This document shows, one piece after another, positions 25,901 through 37,139 of a stretch of 64,000 nt of DNA. Source of the DNA: Azolla caroliniana. Lineage: Eukaryota; Plantae; Polypodiophyta. Each line of letters begins with the position of its first letter. The stretch's first letter is position 1. The stretch is from the NCBI GenBank assembly GCA_043228905.1, contig JBHGNT010000004.1, positions 15,562,001 through 15,626,000 of the forward strand. Direction: 5' to 3'. Below the pieces are notes generated by a model that did not search any database, had not been told where the DNA came from, and saw only the letters and a list, made by a program, of their open reading frames with translations. Both the position numbers and the translations under genes were made by a program.

Positions 25901-28838
25901 CCGTTCTGTCTTAATTGTTATATCTTACGCGTGTTATGAAGACGATCCTAATAAGTAACTTGATTAAGTCGGATTAAGCGTTGAAGTCTAATCCGGTTGC
26001 TGTAACACCCTTTGGTGAAGTGTCTTCCGTAGACACCCTGTGTTAGGCCATTGTCCGGCCCGAAGAGTTAACACAGTTTTTGGCGACCACGATTCCTATT
26101 TTTGCAGCGAACGACGGCACGGATGGATGTCTAGATCAACGCACGACCTGGTTACAGATCGAACTCGACGCCTTGCCGAAAGGCAAAGGAGACGCGAGGC
26201 TTTCCAGCAAGCGGCGTAGGAAATTAGAGTGAATCGCTCGTTTTCCAACGTAATCCGGAGAGTAGCGGAGGACTCCCTCTGGTTACAACAAACATCGCAC
26301 CCGGACGACGGCAGCAGCCTAAGCAGCCTCCGGGAAACCGAATCCCTTCTCCACGCGTTTGCAAACGGAGAAGGCGAAGCAGAGGCCTTTTCAGCATATG
26401 AATCGGACTCCGAAGGGGAATACAGCGTGCACATGAACTACCGTAGCAGCAACGAAACCCCGGGCGGACCGGAGGACGAAGGATCGGATACCTTACCGAC
26501 ACCGGAACCGGAACCGGAAGTGCTAACGCTGGAACCCCCAGAACCAGCAGAAGAAGAACGACCTCCGACACCGGAAGTCGAAGAGGAGAGGCCTCCGTCA
26601 CCAAAGGAAGAGAAACAACCGACATCGGAATCAAATCGGGAAAGACCACCGACACCGGAGAAAATTCCGGAACGAGCACCAACACTACCAGCCCGCGCAC
26701 CGATACCGGACGACGACATGCCGTTCCAGTACTCCAAATATAGAGATGATCCGGACGCGGAAGCTCATGTGCACACCTTTGAACAGACATGGGAAGCCAA
26801 CCATGTGTCCCAACGATTGACCCTAGAAGAAGAAGAACGCTCTAAGATAGCGGAATTTGGCGTCACATTGGAGGGACCAGCAGCAAGATGGCGCCGGACG
26901 CAGGACCCGTCTACCATCAACACCTTTGTAGATTTAAAAGCTAAATTCATGCATTTTTTTCAAAAGGAGGTGGACCAGACCGTAATGGTAGGCTTATTTT
27001 ATACCATCCGGCAAGAGGCAGGGGAGAGCATTCCCCAATTTGTCATCCGGTTTCAACGGATGCATAGTCAGCTTACCCGTGCACCCCCGGAGGAGGAATT
27101 ACGGACGATATTCCTAAACGCGCTCCGGTAACCCCTACGCACGGTTTGCACGGTAATCGATTTCTGCACAAGTACCATCGACCAGGTCATTGACCGGGTG
27201 AAAGAGATGGAAAAGACAAGCTCCTAGCTCACACTGGGCGCACTTCAACGGGCGTTACCGTCCGATGAAGACCTCCGGTTTCGGCAAGCAATACAGTGCA
27301 CAACCTGCTTGAATTCCGGACACTCAGCTCTAGAATGCACTATGAGGACGCAATGTGTAATCTGTCAATCCAAGAGCCATACGACGGATAGGTGCGAGTA
27401 TAATCTGTTGACTCGGCAAGCACTGCCCGTCCGACAAATTGAGCCACGCAGCAGCCGGGATGAAGAAGACGAACGCTGGCGACGAATGGACCGGGACCGA
27501 CCGGCACAGGATGTCCGGTATGGCGAGCAACGGGAAAATAATGTCTGGTACGGCGAGCGACGGGAAAATGATGTCCGGTATGGTGATCGGCGAGAGAACT
27601 ATGACCGGCATGATCGGTACCAGGATTACAATAGACGATACGAACAGTACGACCGGGAGCACTCCCCCGGGTATCGTCAGCAACGGGAGGAATACGGCAG
27701 ATATAACGGGCAACCCCGTCAAGAGTACCGTAATAAGAAAAGCTATAACAAAAAACGGCATTTTAAAAAAGGTGGCTACCCCCGGGATCCGGAACAAGGA
27801 GCTCCAAGTAGCCAACCGGTACAAAACCCCGCACGTACCGTAGGACCTGCCCTGGGCACAACAGACAATGCCGAATCTAGCAATGCCCGGAAAGCCTACT
27901 GCTACTACTGCAGACAGGAAGGCCATTATAGTAACCAATGCCCGGTAAAGAGCTATGAAAAACGACCGGCGGTAAATATGGTAGTCCCTGAGGTGGCAGA
28001 CCTGCAGCAGGTGACCACAAGGTCGAAGGGCATAGCCAAAGAATGGGAGACATAGGAGACCATCCGGAAACAAGCAACGGAATGGGTAAAGAAAGCAAAC
28101 GAGCAGAATGTCACAGACTTACAACAGCAAAAGGAGAACACCGCAGGGCTTACCGGCGGTAGTCACTCCGAGAACGAGACATGGTAGGCGTTGCAAGAAT
28201 GCCAGATTACGTTACCGTTAGGAAGACTCCTACAACTCGTGCCAAGATTCATGGAAGGACTGAAGACGGCCATGACGGCAGGAGAACCATCACCGGCACC
28301 GGTACTCTTCTCGAATCCGGAGGAGGGACCAACAGTGGTAGACACCAGCAGTCCGGTAATCACTGTCATTGTAAAAGGGAAAGAACTCCCCGGCACAGTT
28401 ATAGACGGAGGCTCTAGGGTAAATGTAATAAGCCTCCGGACGTGTGAGGACCTAGGAATCCACGAGTGGGAGCCGTGTCCGTTCTGGTTGCGGATGGCCG
28501 ATACAAGCTCAGTGCGGCCGACAGGATTAATACGGAAATTAGAAGTCACCGTCGGCGGGAATACATTTCACATCTTGGCCGTAGTGCTACAATTACAGGC
28601 ACAAGGCGCATACCCGCTATTGCTGGGGCGGCCATGGTTGAAAATGGCACATATCAAACAGAATTGGCGAAAAAATATAATTACCTTTCGGCGAGGAAAA
28701 GCCAAGGTACGGGTACCAACACAGCCAAGGACGAGCACTGGCAAGGAATGTACACCGTTGTATGCGGAATGCGTCAACATGCTAGAAGGGTTAGCAGACG
28801 AAGAAGAAGCTCAATACCTGCAGGAAAACCCAAAGATC

Positions 28839-31800
28839 TGTCGTGAATCAACGATTCGATTCACCTTCTTCCCTCGGCCTCAACCGAGTAGTTACGGATC
28901 AATGAAGCAGAAAATAGGAACCAAAAGAGAGAAATACACGATTACACAGGGATTAACGTGGAAAACCCTAGATGGAAAAAAAAACCACGGGAGTACAAGA
29001 CTCCAAACAACGCTATACAAAGAGAAGTATACAATGACGAGCTCAAGGCGACGACCTTGAGCTCGCTGTCCTCGCCACAGGCGGCGGAAATACACAGAGG
29101 CGTCGTCCTCTTCCTCTCTCGCGCTCTATCTCTCTCTCTCTCTCTGCGGCTGCTCCCTCTTCACTCCTCTAAAGTGGAAAAACAGAAAAATAAGAAGCAA
29201 CAATAAAACAGTTTGCCCTAAGTCATATTTATACTTATATGACTTTGGGCTATTTACAACTGTAGCCACATGGGCCCATAGGAAACATATTCACGGATAT
29301 GTCCCTGCATCCGGATCGCTCTCCGGGTACATTCGTCATCCGGTACCGAAACCGAAACCGGGACTGTCCCATCCGGATCCGACCATCCCATTCGAAGGGA
29401 CCGTAATCCCAACAAACTCCCCCTTCACTTCGGCATGGGATGTCTCTCCAATCCGATCCTCTTCCGGCATGCTTCCAGCTTGTCGGGTGTGAGCACCTTG
29501 GTCAGCATATCCGACCCGTTCTCGTCCGTGTGGATCTTCGTCAGCACGAACTCCTTGTCTTCTATCCTTTCCCGGATCCAGTGATATCTTCGCTGGATGT
29601 GCTTCGTCCGGGAGTGATAGGCCGCGTTCTTTGCAAGGTGGATTGCACTCTGACTGTCGCAGTAGAGTCGGTACTCCTTCTGCCGGATACCGAGCTCTCC
29701 AATGAAGTCCTTCATCCATATTATTTCCTTGCCGGCTTCAACAGCCGCCATGTACTCCGCCTCCGTGGTTGACAGCGCAACCGTCTTCTGCAGCCTCGAC
29801 TGCCATGAAACAGCTCCCCCTGCATACGTCATCACATACCCTGATGTGGACCGGCTGGTATCTGCATCAGCCGACATATCCGAATCGGTAAAGCCGTCGA
29901 GTTCGGGCTTTCCGGAGCCGAATCGGAGGCACACGTTTGTTGTGCCCTTCAGGTATCGGAGTATCCACTTGGCCGCGTTCCAATGCTCTTTACCGGGATT
30001 GCTCATGTACCGGCTCACCACTCCGACTGCATATCCGATGTCCGGTCTCGTACACACCATGGCGTACATCAAGCTCCCGACGGCTGAGGCATACAGCACT
30101 TTCTTCATATCCTCCTTTTCAGCCTTTGTCTTGGGACTTTGCTTGCTGGACAGCTTGCAGTTTGTCGGGAGGGACGATCCGACCGGTCTCGCTTCTGACA
30201 TGTTGAACCGGTGAAGCACCTTCGTCACGTACTTCTCCTGTGACAGCCACAACTGCTTCTTCTTCCGGTCCCGGATGATGTGCATCCCTAGTATTTGTCT
30301 CGCCGGACCCAGGTCCTTCATTGAGAAGGTTCGGTGAAGAGCCTTCTTCAGCATCCGTATCTTGACCTGGTCCCGTCCGACGATCAACATGTCGTCCACG
30401 TACAGGAGGAGTATTAGAGAGTCTCCTCCTTCGAACTTCTTCACAAACACGCAGTGGTCGGACTGCGTTTTGAGGTACCCTTCGTCGGTCATGAAGGAGT
30501 CGAACTTCCGGTACCATTGCCGGGGAGCCTGCTTCAGTCCGTAAAGGCTCTTCTTCAACCGGCATACCAGGTGCTCCTTCCCTTTCTTCTCGAATCCTTC
30601 CGGTTGCTGCATGTAGATCTCTTCTTCGAGGTCACCGTGAAGGAATGCCGTCTTCACGTCCATCTGTTCTACCTCGAGGTCCATGCTTGCCGCTATGCTC
30701 AGCACCGTCCGGATGGAGGTCATCTTCACTACCGGGGCAAATATCTCGTCGAAGTCGACGCCCTTCTTCTGCTGAAACCCCTTCACCACGATCCTGGCTT
30801 TGTATCTCGGGGGGTTTCCGGCATCTCCCGGTTTCAGCTTGAACACCCACTTGTTACGGAGTGCCCGTTTTCCTTTCGGCAACTCCACAAGTTCATATGT
30901 GTGGTTCTCATGCAGGGAATCCATCTCGTCCTGCATGGCACTCAACCACCTGCGGCTCTGGGTGTCATGCTTTGCTTCTTCAAAGCTCTCCGGCTCCCCT
31001 TCGTCGGTTAGCAGCACGTGCTCTGGTTCCGGAAATCTCCGGGGGGCCCTTCTCTCTCTTAGAGGATATCTCCGTTCCGGAGCTTCGGTAACCGGTTCTT
31101 CCGATTCTTCTTCTTCATCCGAATCCATTTCGGGATCGGGGCCGGTTCCGGTATCATTTTCATCTTCCTCGGCCGGTTCTCTTTCTTCACCGTCTTCGGC
31201 CGGATCCTCGAGTGCTAACCGGTCCCTTGCCGGTCGGGACTGCTCCTCGTAGAGTTTATCCTCACCGGTCGACTTGGAGCTCTTCATCTTCTTCTCCGAC
31301 TCCAAGTCGGCGAGTGTCTTGTCCTCCATGAAGATGATGTCTCGACTCCTGAATATCTTCTTGTCGACCGGGTCCCATACTCGGTAGCCGAACTCGTCGT
31401 CGCCGTAACCGAGGAATATGCATGGCCGGGTCTTTGGATCTAGCTTCCCTCTCCGGTCCTTTGCCACATGCACGTATGTGAGACACCCGAACACCTTCAG
31501 ATGCCGGTAGGATACTTCCCTACCGGTCCACACTCTCTGCGGCGTGTCTCCGTCCAAAGGTACTGAGGGTGATCTGTTTATCACATATGTCGCCGTCGAC
31601 ATTGCCTCAGCCCAAAATCCCTTGGGTAATTTCGCATGCGCCAGCATACTCCGGACCCTCTCCATTATGGTCCGGTTCATCCTCTCGGCCAGCCCGTTCA
31701 GTTCCGGCGTCTTCGGCACAGTAAACTCGAGCCGGATTCCCTTCGAGCGACAGTACTCCTGGAACTGCCCCCGGTATTCCCCTCCGTTATCCGCTCGTAT

Positions 31801-33693
31801 CGCTTTCAGCTTCTTGCCGGATTCCCTTTCCACTCTCGCGTGGAGTTCTTTGAAGACGCACAACACTTGGTCCTTTGTCTTCATCGGTGCCGTCCACAGT
31901 TTTCGGCTATGATCATCGATGAATGTTACGAAGTACTGGGCTCCGCCATGTGACTTCGTTTCTACCTGACACACATCAGTGTGCACCAACTCCAATGGTG
32001 CGCTACGTCTCGTCGGTGGCCTTGAGTGGAAGGAGGTCCGGTTTTGCTTACCGGCCAGACAGTCGGTGCACCTCTCCAGGTGCACATGCTTCACTGGAAT
32101 AAGGTTGTCTTCTGCAAGCCTCTTCATCCCCTTCTCACTCATATGGCACAGTCTCTTGTGCCACAGCTCACCTTCTTCGGTGATGAGCATGATTTCTTCT
32201 TCACTTGCCGCGAGTGCCGTCGTTCCTTTCCGGTCCTGCCCTCGCCGATCCGAACCTCTCCGGTCCGTGGCTCCCCGGTATGCACCGTTTCTCTCCGGTG
32301 ACTTCTTCGAATCGGTGTCGTCGGCTCCGTTGTCTTTTTGGTAATGCCGACAATTCTTTCGGAAGTGCCCCGGCTTCCCACAGTGGAAGCATGTGGGCCT
32401 TCCTCTTGACTGCGACCGGGTCCCCGACTTCTCCCGTCTTTGCGGACTCCGGTTCCATTGTCTTCCCCGATCCGATTCGGTAAACAGCATCTTCGGTTCG
32501 GAGGCCGGTTCCTTGTCTCTCCGACGCGCTTCTTCGTTCAAGATACTTGTCTTTACCGTTTGCAAGGACAAGTTATCTTCGGTGCAGGAGGTGCTGAGAG
32601 TCACCACCAAGTTCTCCCAGCTGTCCGGCAATGTACACATCAGGATGATGGCTTGCATTGCATCCTCCAGCGGGAACTTGATCGCCGCAAGCTGATTCAC
32701 GAATCCCATGAACGTGCTTACGTGTTCCACCATACTCTCGCCGTCCCGGTACTTGAGATTCACGATCTTCCTCATCAGGGAGGTCCGGTTCAACGCATTC
32801 TTCCTCTCGTAGAGGCCCGACAGCTTCTTCCACATTTCATATGCGTTGGTGTCGTTCGCCACATGTTGTAGGACGCTTACATCGACATATTGTCGGATCG
32901 TCGCTACGGCTTTCCGATTCAGGAGCTTCCACTCCGACTCAAGTACCCCCTTCGGTATTTCCGACCTGTCAATCGGTTCGTACAGGTCCCGAACAATCAG
33001 AAGATCCTCCATCTTGATCTTCCAGTCGGCGTAATTCTGTGCATTCAGCACCATCATCCCCGGCTGCCCGCTGCCGCCGCCTTCCATTTTCTGCAGCAGT
33101 TCGCTCTGATACCACTTTGTCGTGAATCAACGATTCGATTCACCTTCTTCCCTCGGCCTCAACCGAGTAGTTACGGATCAATGAAGCAGAAAATAGGAAC
33201 CAAAAGAGAGAAATACACGATTACACAGGGATTAACGTGGAAAACCCTAGATGGAAAAAAAAACCACGGGAGTACAAGACTCCAAACAACGCTATACAAA
33301 GAGAAGTATACAATGACGAGCTCAAGGCGACGACCTTGAGCTCGCTGTCCTCGCCACAGGCGGCGGAAATACACAGAGGCGTCGTCCTCTTCCTCTCTCG
33401 CGCTCTATCTCTCTCTCTCTCTCTGCGGCTGCTCCCTCTTCACTCCTCTAAAGTGGAAAAACAGAAAAATAAGAAGCAACAATAAAACAGTTTGCCCTAA
33501 GTCATATTTATACTTATATGACTTTGGGCTATTTACAACTGTAGCCACATGGGCCCATAGGAAACATATTCACGGATATGTCCCTGCATCCGGATCGCTC
33601 TCCGGGTACATTCGTCATCCGGTACCGAAACCGAAACCGGGACTGTCCCATCCGGATCCGACCATCCCATTCGAAGGGACCGTAATCCCAACA
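28839..33693 (-). mobile_element. Young Tnt1/Tork-like Ty1/copia element (LTRs 28839-29414, 33118-33693)
   Basis: 576-bp LTRs with no difference seen, TSD AGATC, PBS (rc) GCTCTGATACCA 33103-33114, PPT (rc) 29415-29424. Confidence 0.97.
29425..33087 (-). CDS. Uninterrupted 1220-aa copia polyprotein (gag, zinc knuckle, integrase, RT, RNase H) lacking the aspartic protease
   Basis: CFHCGKPGHFRKNC, LWHKRLCHMSEKG, VHTDVC, DNGGEY, RYKARIVVKG, YVDD, LSTTEAEY. No D(S/T)GA protease motif between the knuckle and the pre-integrase region. Confidence 0.93.
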   Translation of the reverse strand: MEGGGSGQPGMMVLNAQNYADWKIKMEDLLIVRDLYEPIDRSEIPKGVLESEWKLLNRKAVATIRQYVDVSVLQHVANDTNAYEMWKKLSGLYERKNALNRTSLMRKIVNLKYRDGESMVEHVSTFMGFVNQLAAIKFPLEDAMQAIILMCTLPDSWENLVVTLSTSCTEDNLSLQTVKTSILNEEARRRDKEPASEPKMLFTESDRGRQWNRSPQRREKSGTRSQSRGRPTCFHCGKPGHFRKNCRHYQKDNGADDTDSKKSPERNGAYRGATDRRGSDRRGQDRKGTTALAASEEEIMLITEEGELWHKRLCHMSEKGMKRLAEDNLIPVKHVHLERCTDCLAGKQNRTSFHSRPPTRRSAPLELVHTDVCQVETKSHGGAQYFVTFIDDHSRKLWTAPMKTKDQVLCVFKELHARVERESGKKLKAIRADNGGEYRGQFQEYCRSKGIRLEFTVPKTPELNGLAERMNRTIMERVRSMLAHAKLPKGFWAEAMSTATYVINRSPSVPLDGDTPQRVWTGREVSYRHLKVFGCLTYVHVAKDRRGKLDPKTRPCIFLGYGDDEFGYRVWDPVDKKIFRSRDIIFMEDKTLADLESEKKMKSSKSTGEDKLYEEQSRPARDRLALEDPAEDGEEREPAEEDENDTGTGPDPEMDSDEEEESEEPVTEAPERRYPLRERRAPRRFPEPEHVLLTDEGEPESFEEAKHDTQSRRWLSAMQDEMDSLHENHTYELVELPKGKRALRNKWVFKLKPGDAGNPPRYKARIVVKGFQQKKGVDFDEIFAPVVKMTSIRTVLSIAASMDLEVEQMDVKTAFLHGDLEEEIYMQQPEGFEKKGKEHLVCRLKKSLYGLKQAPRQWYRKFDSFMTDEGYLKTQSDHCVFVKKFEGGDSLILLLYVDDMLIVGRDQVKIRMLKKALHRTFSMKDLGPARQILGMHIIRDRKKKQLWLSQEKYVTKVLHRFNMSEARPVGSSLPTNCKLSSKQSPKTKAEKEDMKKVLYASAVGSLMYAMVCTRPDIGYAVGVVSRYMSNPGKEHWNAAKWILRYLKGTTNVCLRFGSGKPELDGFTDSDMSADADTSRSTSGYVMTYAGGAVSWQSRLQKTVALSTTEAEYMAAVEAGKEIIWMKDFIGELGIRQKEYRLYCDSQSAIHLAKNAAYHSRTKHIQRRYHWIRERIEDKEFVLTKIHTDENGSDMLTKVLTPDKLEACRKRIGLERHPMPK

Positions 33694-36600
33694 AGATCAT
33701 ACCCCTCTTCGAAATTGACATTGCCGAAGCCGTAGCACCGTATTTACCGCAACCGGAAGAGGCAGAAGCAGAACCGGATAAAGACGCAATCCGGGAGTTA
33801 CGACAAGCGCAGGAAGCGTTGGAACGGGAAATGGCCGTTTCACAGCGCGTAAAAGCATCGCAACTGGAAGAGGTGAATTTAGGCACCACGGACGAAGCAA
33901 AACCAGTGCACATCGCCAAGGAGATGAAGTCCGAAGACAAAACGGCGATGATAACACTTCTCACGGAATTCCGGGATGTGTTCGCCTGGTCATACGAAGA
34001 TATGCGAGGACTCGACCCTCAGTTATACCAGCATCAAGTACACTTGAGCAAGGACGCAAAACCAGTGGCACAAAGACGGTACCGGATGAATCCCAATTAT
34101 GCTGCCAAGGTCAAGGAAGAAATCGACAAACTGCTAAGAGTTGGCTTTATCCGTCCGGTAAAGAAAGCGACATGGCTGAGCCCGATCGTAGTCGTACTGA
34201 AGAAGAACGGAAAAATTCGAGTTTGCGTGGATTACCGGAAACTCAATGCGGCTACGGTAACGGATGCGTTTCCACTTCCGTTCACAGATGGAGTGTTGGA
34301 TGCCGTTGCCGGCCATGAGGTCTTTAGCTTTCTAGACGGATTCAACGGGTATAATCAGATCCGGATGCACCCCGACGACCAGGAGAAAACGACATTCGTC
34401 ACCGAATGGGAGGTGTTTGTGGCCATGGTGATGATGTTCGGACTCAAAACGGCACCAGCAACGTTTCAAAGAATCATCATGGAAATCTTTGGTGAATATA
34501 TACCGGCTTTTATGCAGGTTTTCCTTGACGATTTCGCCGTGTATAGCCGGGAGGAGGACCATTTTCAACACCTCCGTCTTTGTCTAGAAAAGTGTAGAGC
34601 GTACCAGCTAAGCTTGAATCCGGCAAAGTGTGTATTTGGCGTGTCCAATGGAACTTTATTAGGACATATCGTGAGCCAGGAAGGTATTGCAGTCGACCCG
34701 GACAAAGTGAAAGCCATATTAGAAGCACTTAAGCCGGTTCTTAGGCCAGATCTGGTGGCACAGCCGGATGCTCCGATACTTGGCCGACCTGGCTACACCG
34801 TTGCATGCGGCCGTACATCGGACACCATTCCAGTGGACCGATACTGAGGATAGGGTGTATAAGGCCCTCAAGGTACTATTGTCGCAGGCACCGGTAGTAC
34901 AACCTCCAGATTGGAGTAAAGAATTTCACGTGTTCGTGGACGCCTCCGACATCGCAATCGGAAGCGTACTGATGCAACTTACGGAACCAAAGTGGTACCG
35001 GCTAGTGTACTATGCCAGCCGGAAGCTATCCCAAGCAGAACGGAACTACTCTACTACGGAACGGGAAGTTCTAGGAATGATCTACAGTGTGACAAAGTTT
35101 CGGCACTATTTATAGGGAAGGAAGTTTTCCTTCCATGTAGATCATTCGACACTCCTTTACCTAGTGTCCAAGGCGTCACTCACCGGCAAATTGGCTCGGT
35201 GGACCTTATTGTTACAGGAGTTCGAGTTTGAAATATTCCACCGACCCGGTATACAGCATGCCGTAGCGGATTACTTAAGCTGATTGGAGTCCGGAGAGAC
35301 GGGTGACGGAGTACCAGATGAGTTTCCGAATGCGGAGCTGTTTCTAGTCACTACGGAGACGGCAGTAGATGAGACAGTAGCCCAGGAAGACAAGTGGCTC
35401 ACAAATATACACCAGTTTCTGAGCACATGACTGCCTCCGGAAGAGCTGAACCGGGACGAATGGAAACGCCTGGCGGTACAAAGCCGACATTTCTGCTTAC
35501 TGCAAGACACACTGTACCACAAGGGAGCTGACGGCATATGGAGACGGGCGGTGCGCAGCGATGAAAAGGAACTGATACTGAGGGAAGCCCACTACGGAGT
35601 TGCCGGAGGTCACTATGCCGGAGATGCGACGGCCAGAAAAATATGGCAAAGTGGCCTATGGTGGCCAACGACATTATGAGATGCGGTACGGTACGCAAAA
35701 GAATGTGACCTATGCCAGAGAATGGGCCAGCCAACGGAGCAGGCTCGTATGCCACACCAGCCGGTACTACCACTCGAGCCATTCCAAAAGTGGGGGCTGG
35801 ACTTTGTAGGACCATTCAAGCCACCGGCAATGAGAACGGGTAATCGGTACGTTATCGTTGCTACGGATTACTGCACGAAATGGGTGGAGGCCAAAGCTTT
35901 ACGGGATAACACCGTTGCGTCAACGGCAAAGTTTCTATATGAGTACATCTTGTGCCGTTACGGATGCCCCATTGAATCGATAAGTGACCAAGGGGGGCAC
36001 TTTCTCGGACAAGTAGTGGAAAGCCTAACGACCTTCTATGCTGTGGTCCACAAACGAAGCACACCTTACTATCCACAGGCGAACGGATTAGCGGAATCAA
36101 CAAACAAGACGCTCCAGAACATCCTTCGGAAGATCGTGAACGAGAACCGGACGGATTGGGACACAAAGCTACATAGCGCGCTTTGGGCATACCGGACGGC
36201 ATACAAAACGAGCATCCGAACAACACCGTTCCGGTTGGCGTTTGGACTCGAGGCGGTCATGCCGGTAGAATTTCAAGTACCTAGCTTACGGATCCAGCTA
36301 CGAGAACGGCTGAACGAGAAGGAGTCGGAGACAATAAGGTTGACAACGCTGTGTGAGCTGGAGGAACAACAGTTGGCCAACATCCTACATTTAGAATTGG
36401 AGCAACAGCGACGGAAAGCATTCGTCGACCGGCACAGGAAAGGTAACGAAATTTTTTTCGCAATCGGCAAACCAATGCTAGTATTCCAAACCTGGATGGG
36501 CAAGATGCCGGGTAAACTAAGGTTTAGATGGACCAGACCATATTGGCTAACACGGGAGTATAATGGGTCCTACCAGTTGGGGACACTTGCCGGCGAAGTG

Positions 36601-37139
36601 CTGGGCAAATGGGTCAACGGATTCCGGTTAAAGGCATATAGAGGACCGATGCCTAAGAACCCGTTTGAGCAAAGGACCGACGGCAACCACCAAGACGGCA
36701 GAGACGGCAAGCCGGGAACCGGAGAGAATGAGGCCGGTAAGGGTCCGGGAGGACCAACGGACATGTGACGTCACACTAATAATAATAATAACTGAAAAAA
36801 AAAAAAACAATCATGCAAAAGCGAGGAATGAATGGATGAAAGAGCGTGGAGCGAAAAGGTACGTAGTGGGCATTTAAAGCGCCACCATAGGACATAATGC
36901 TATTTTAAGTACGCGACATGCACAAACTCGAAAAAGGCGCTAGAATGCACAAACAAAAACCATTGCGCGTAGAGACCCTCTACTTTCGCGAACCCAGTAG
37001 CACAGAAGCACCGAAACGTTGCAAGATCATCAGACGAGAACCTGCGCACAGAGAACCACCGCCTTCTGAACTCTCTCTTTCTCAACCCCGCTCTCATCAC
37101 CATCCATCCTCGTCACCGCAATTCGACCCCGACACAGAG

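Larger units (their letters stand above)
26127..36768 (+). pseudogene. Gypsy gag-pol with stops and frameshifts, interrupted by the Tnt1-like copia
   Basis: Zinc knuckle CYYCRQEGHYSNQC, protease VIDGGS, RT RVCVDYRKLN / FLDD, RH FVDASD, INT WGLDFVGP / YYPQANG. Frame continues across the AGATC TSD (ENPKI|IPLFEID). No chromodomain or extra RNase H seen. Confidence 0.92.

Noticed and set aside
29425-33087. Horizontal transfer of a Tnt1-like element
   Set aside because: RT motifs resemble Tnt1, but these are conserved across the lineage. Cannot be assessed without a phylogeny.
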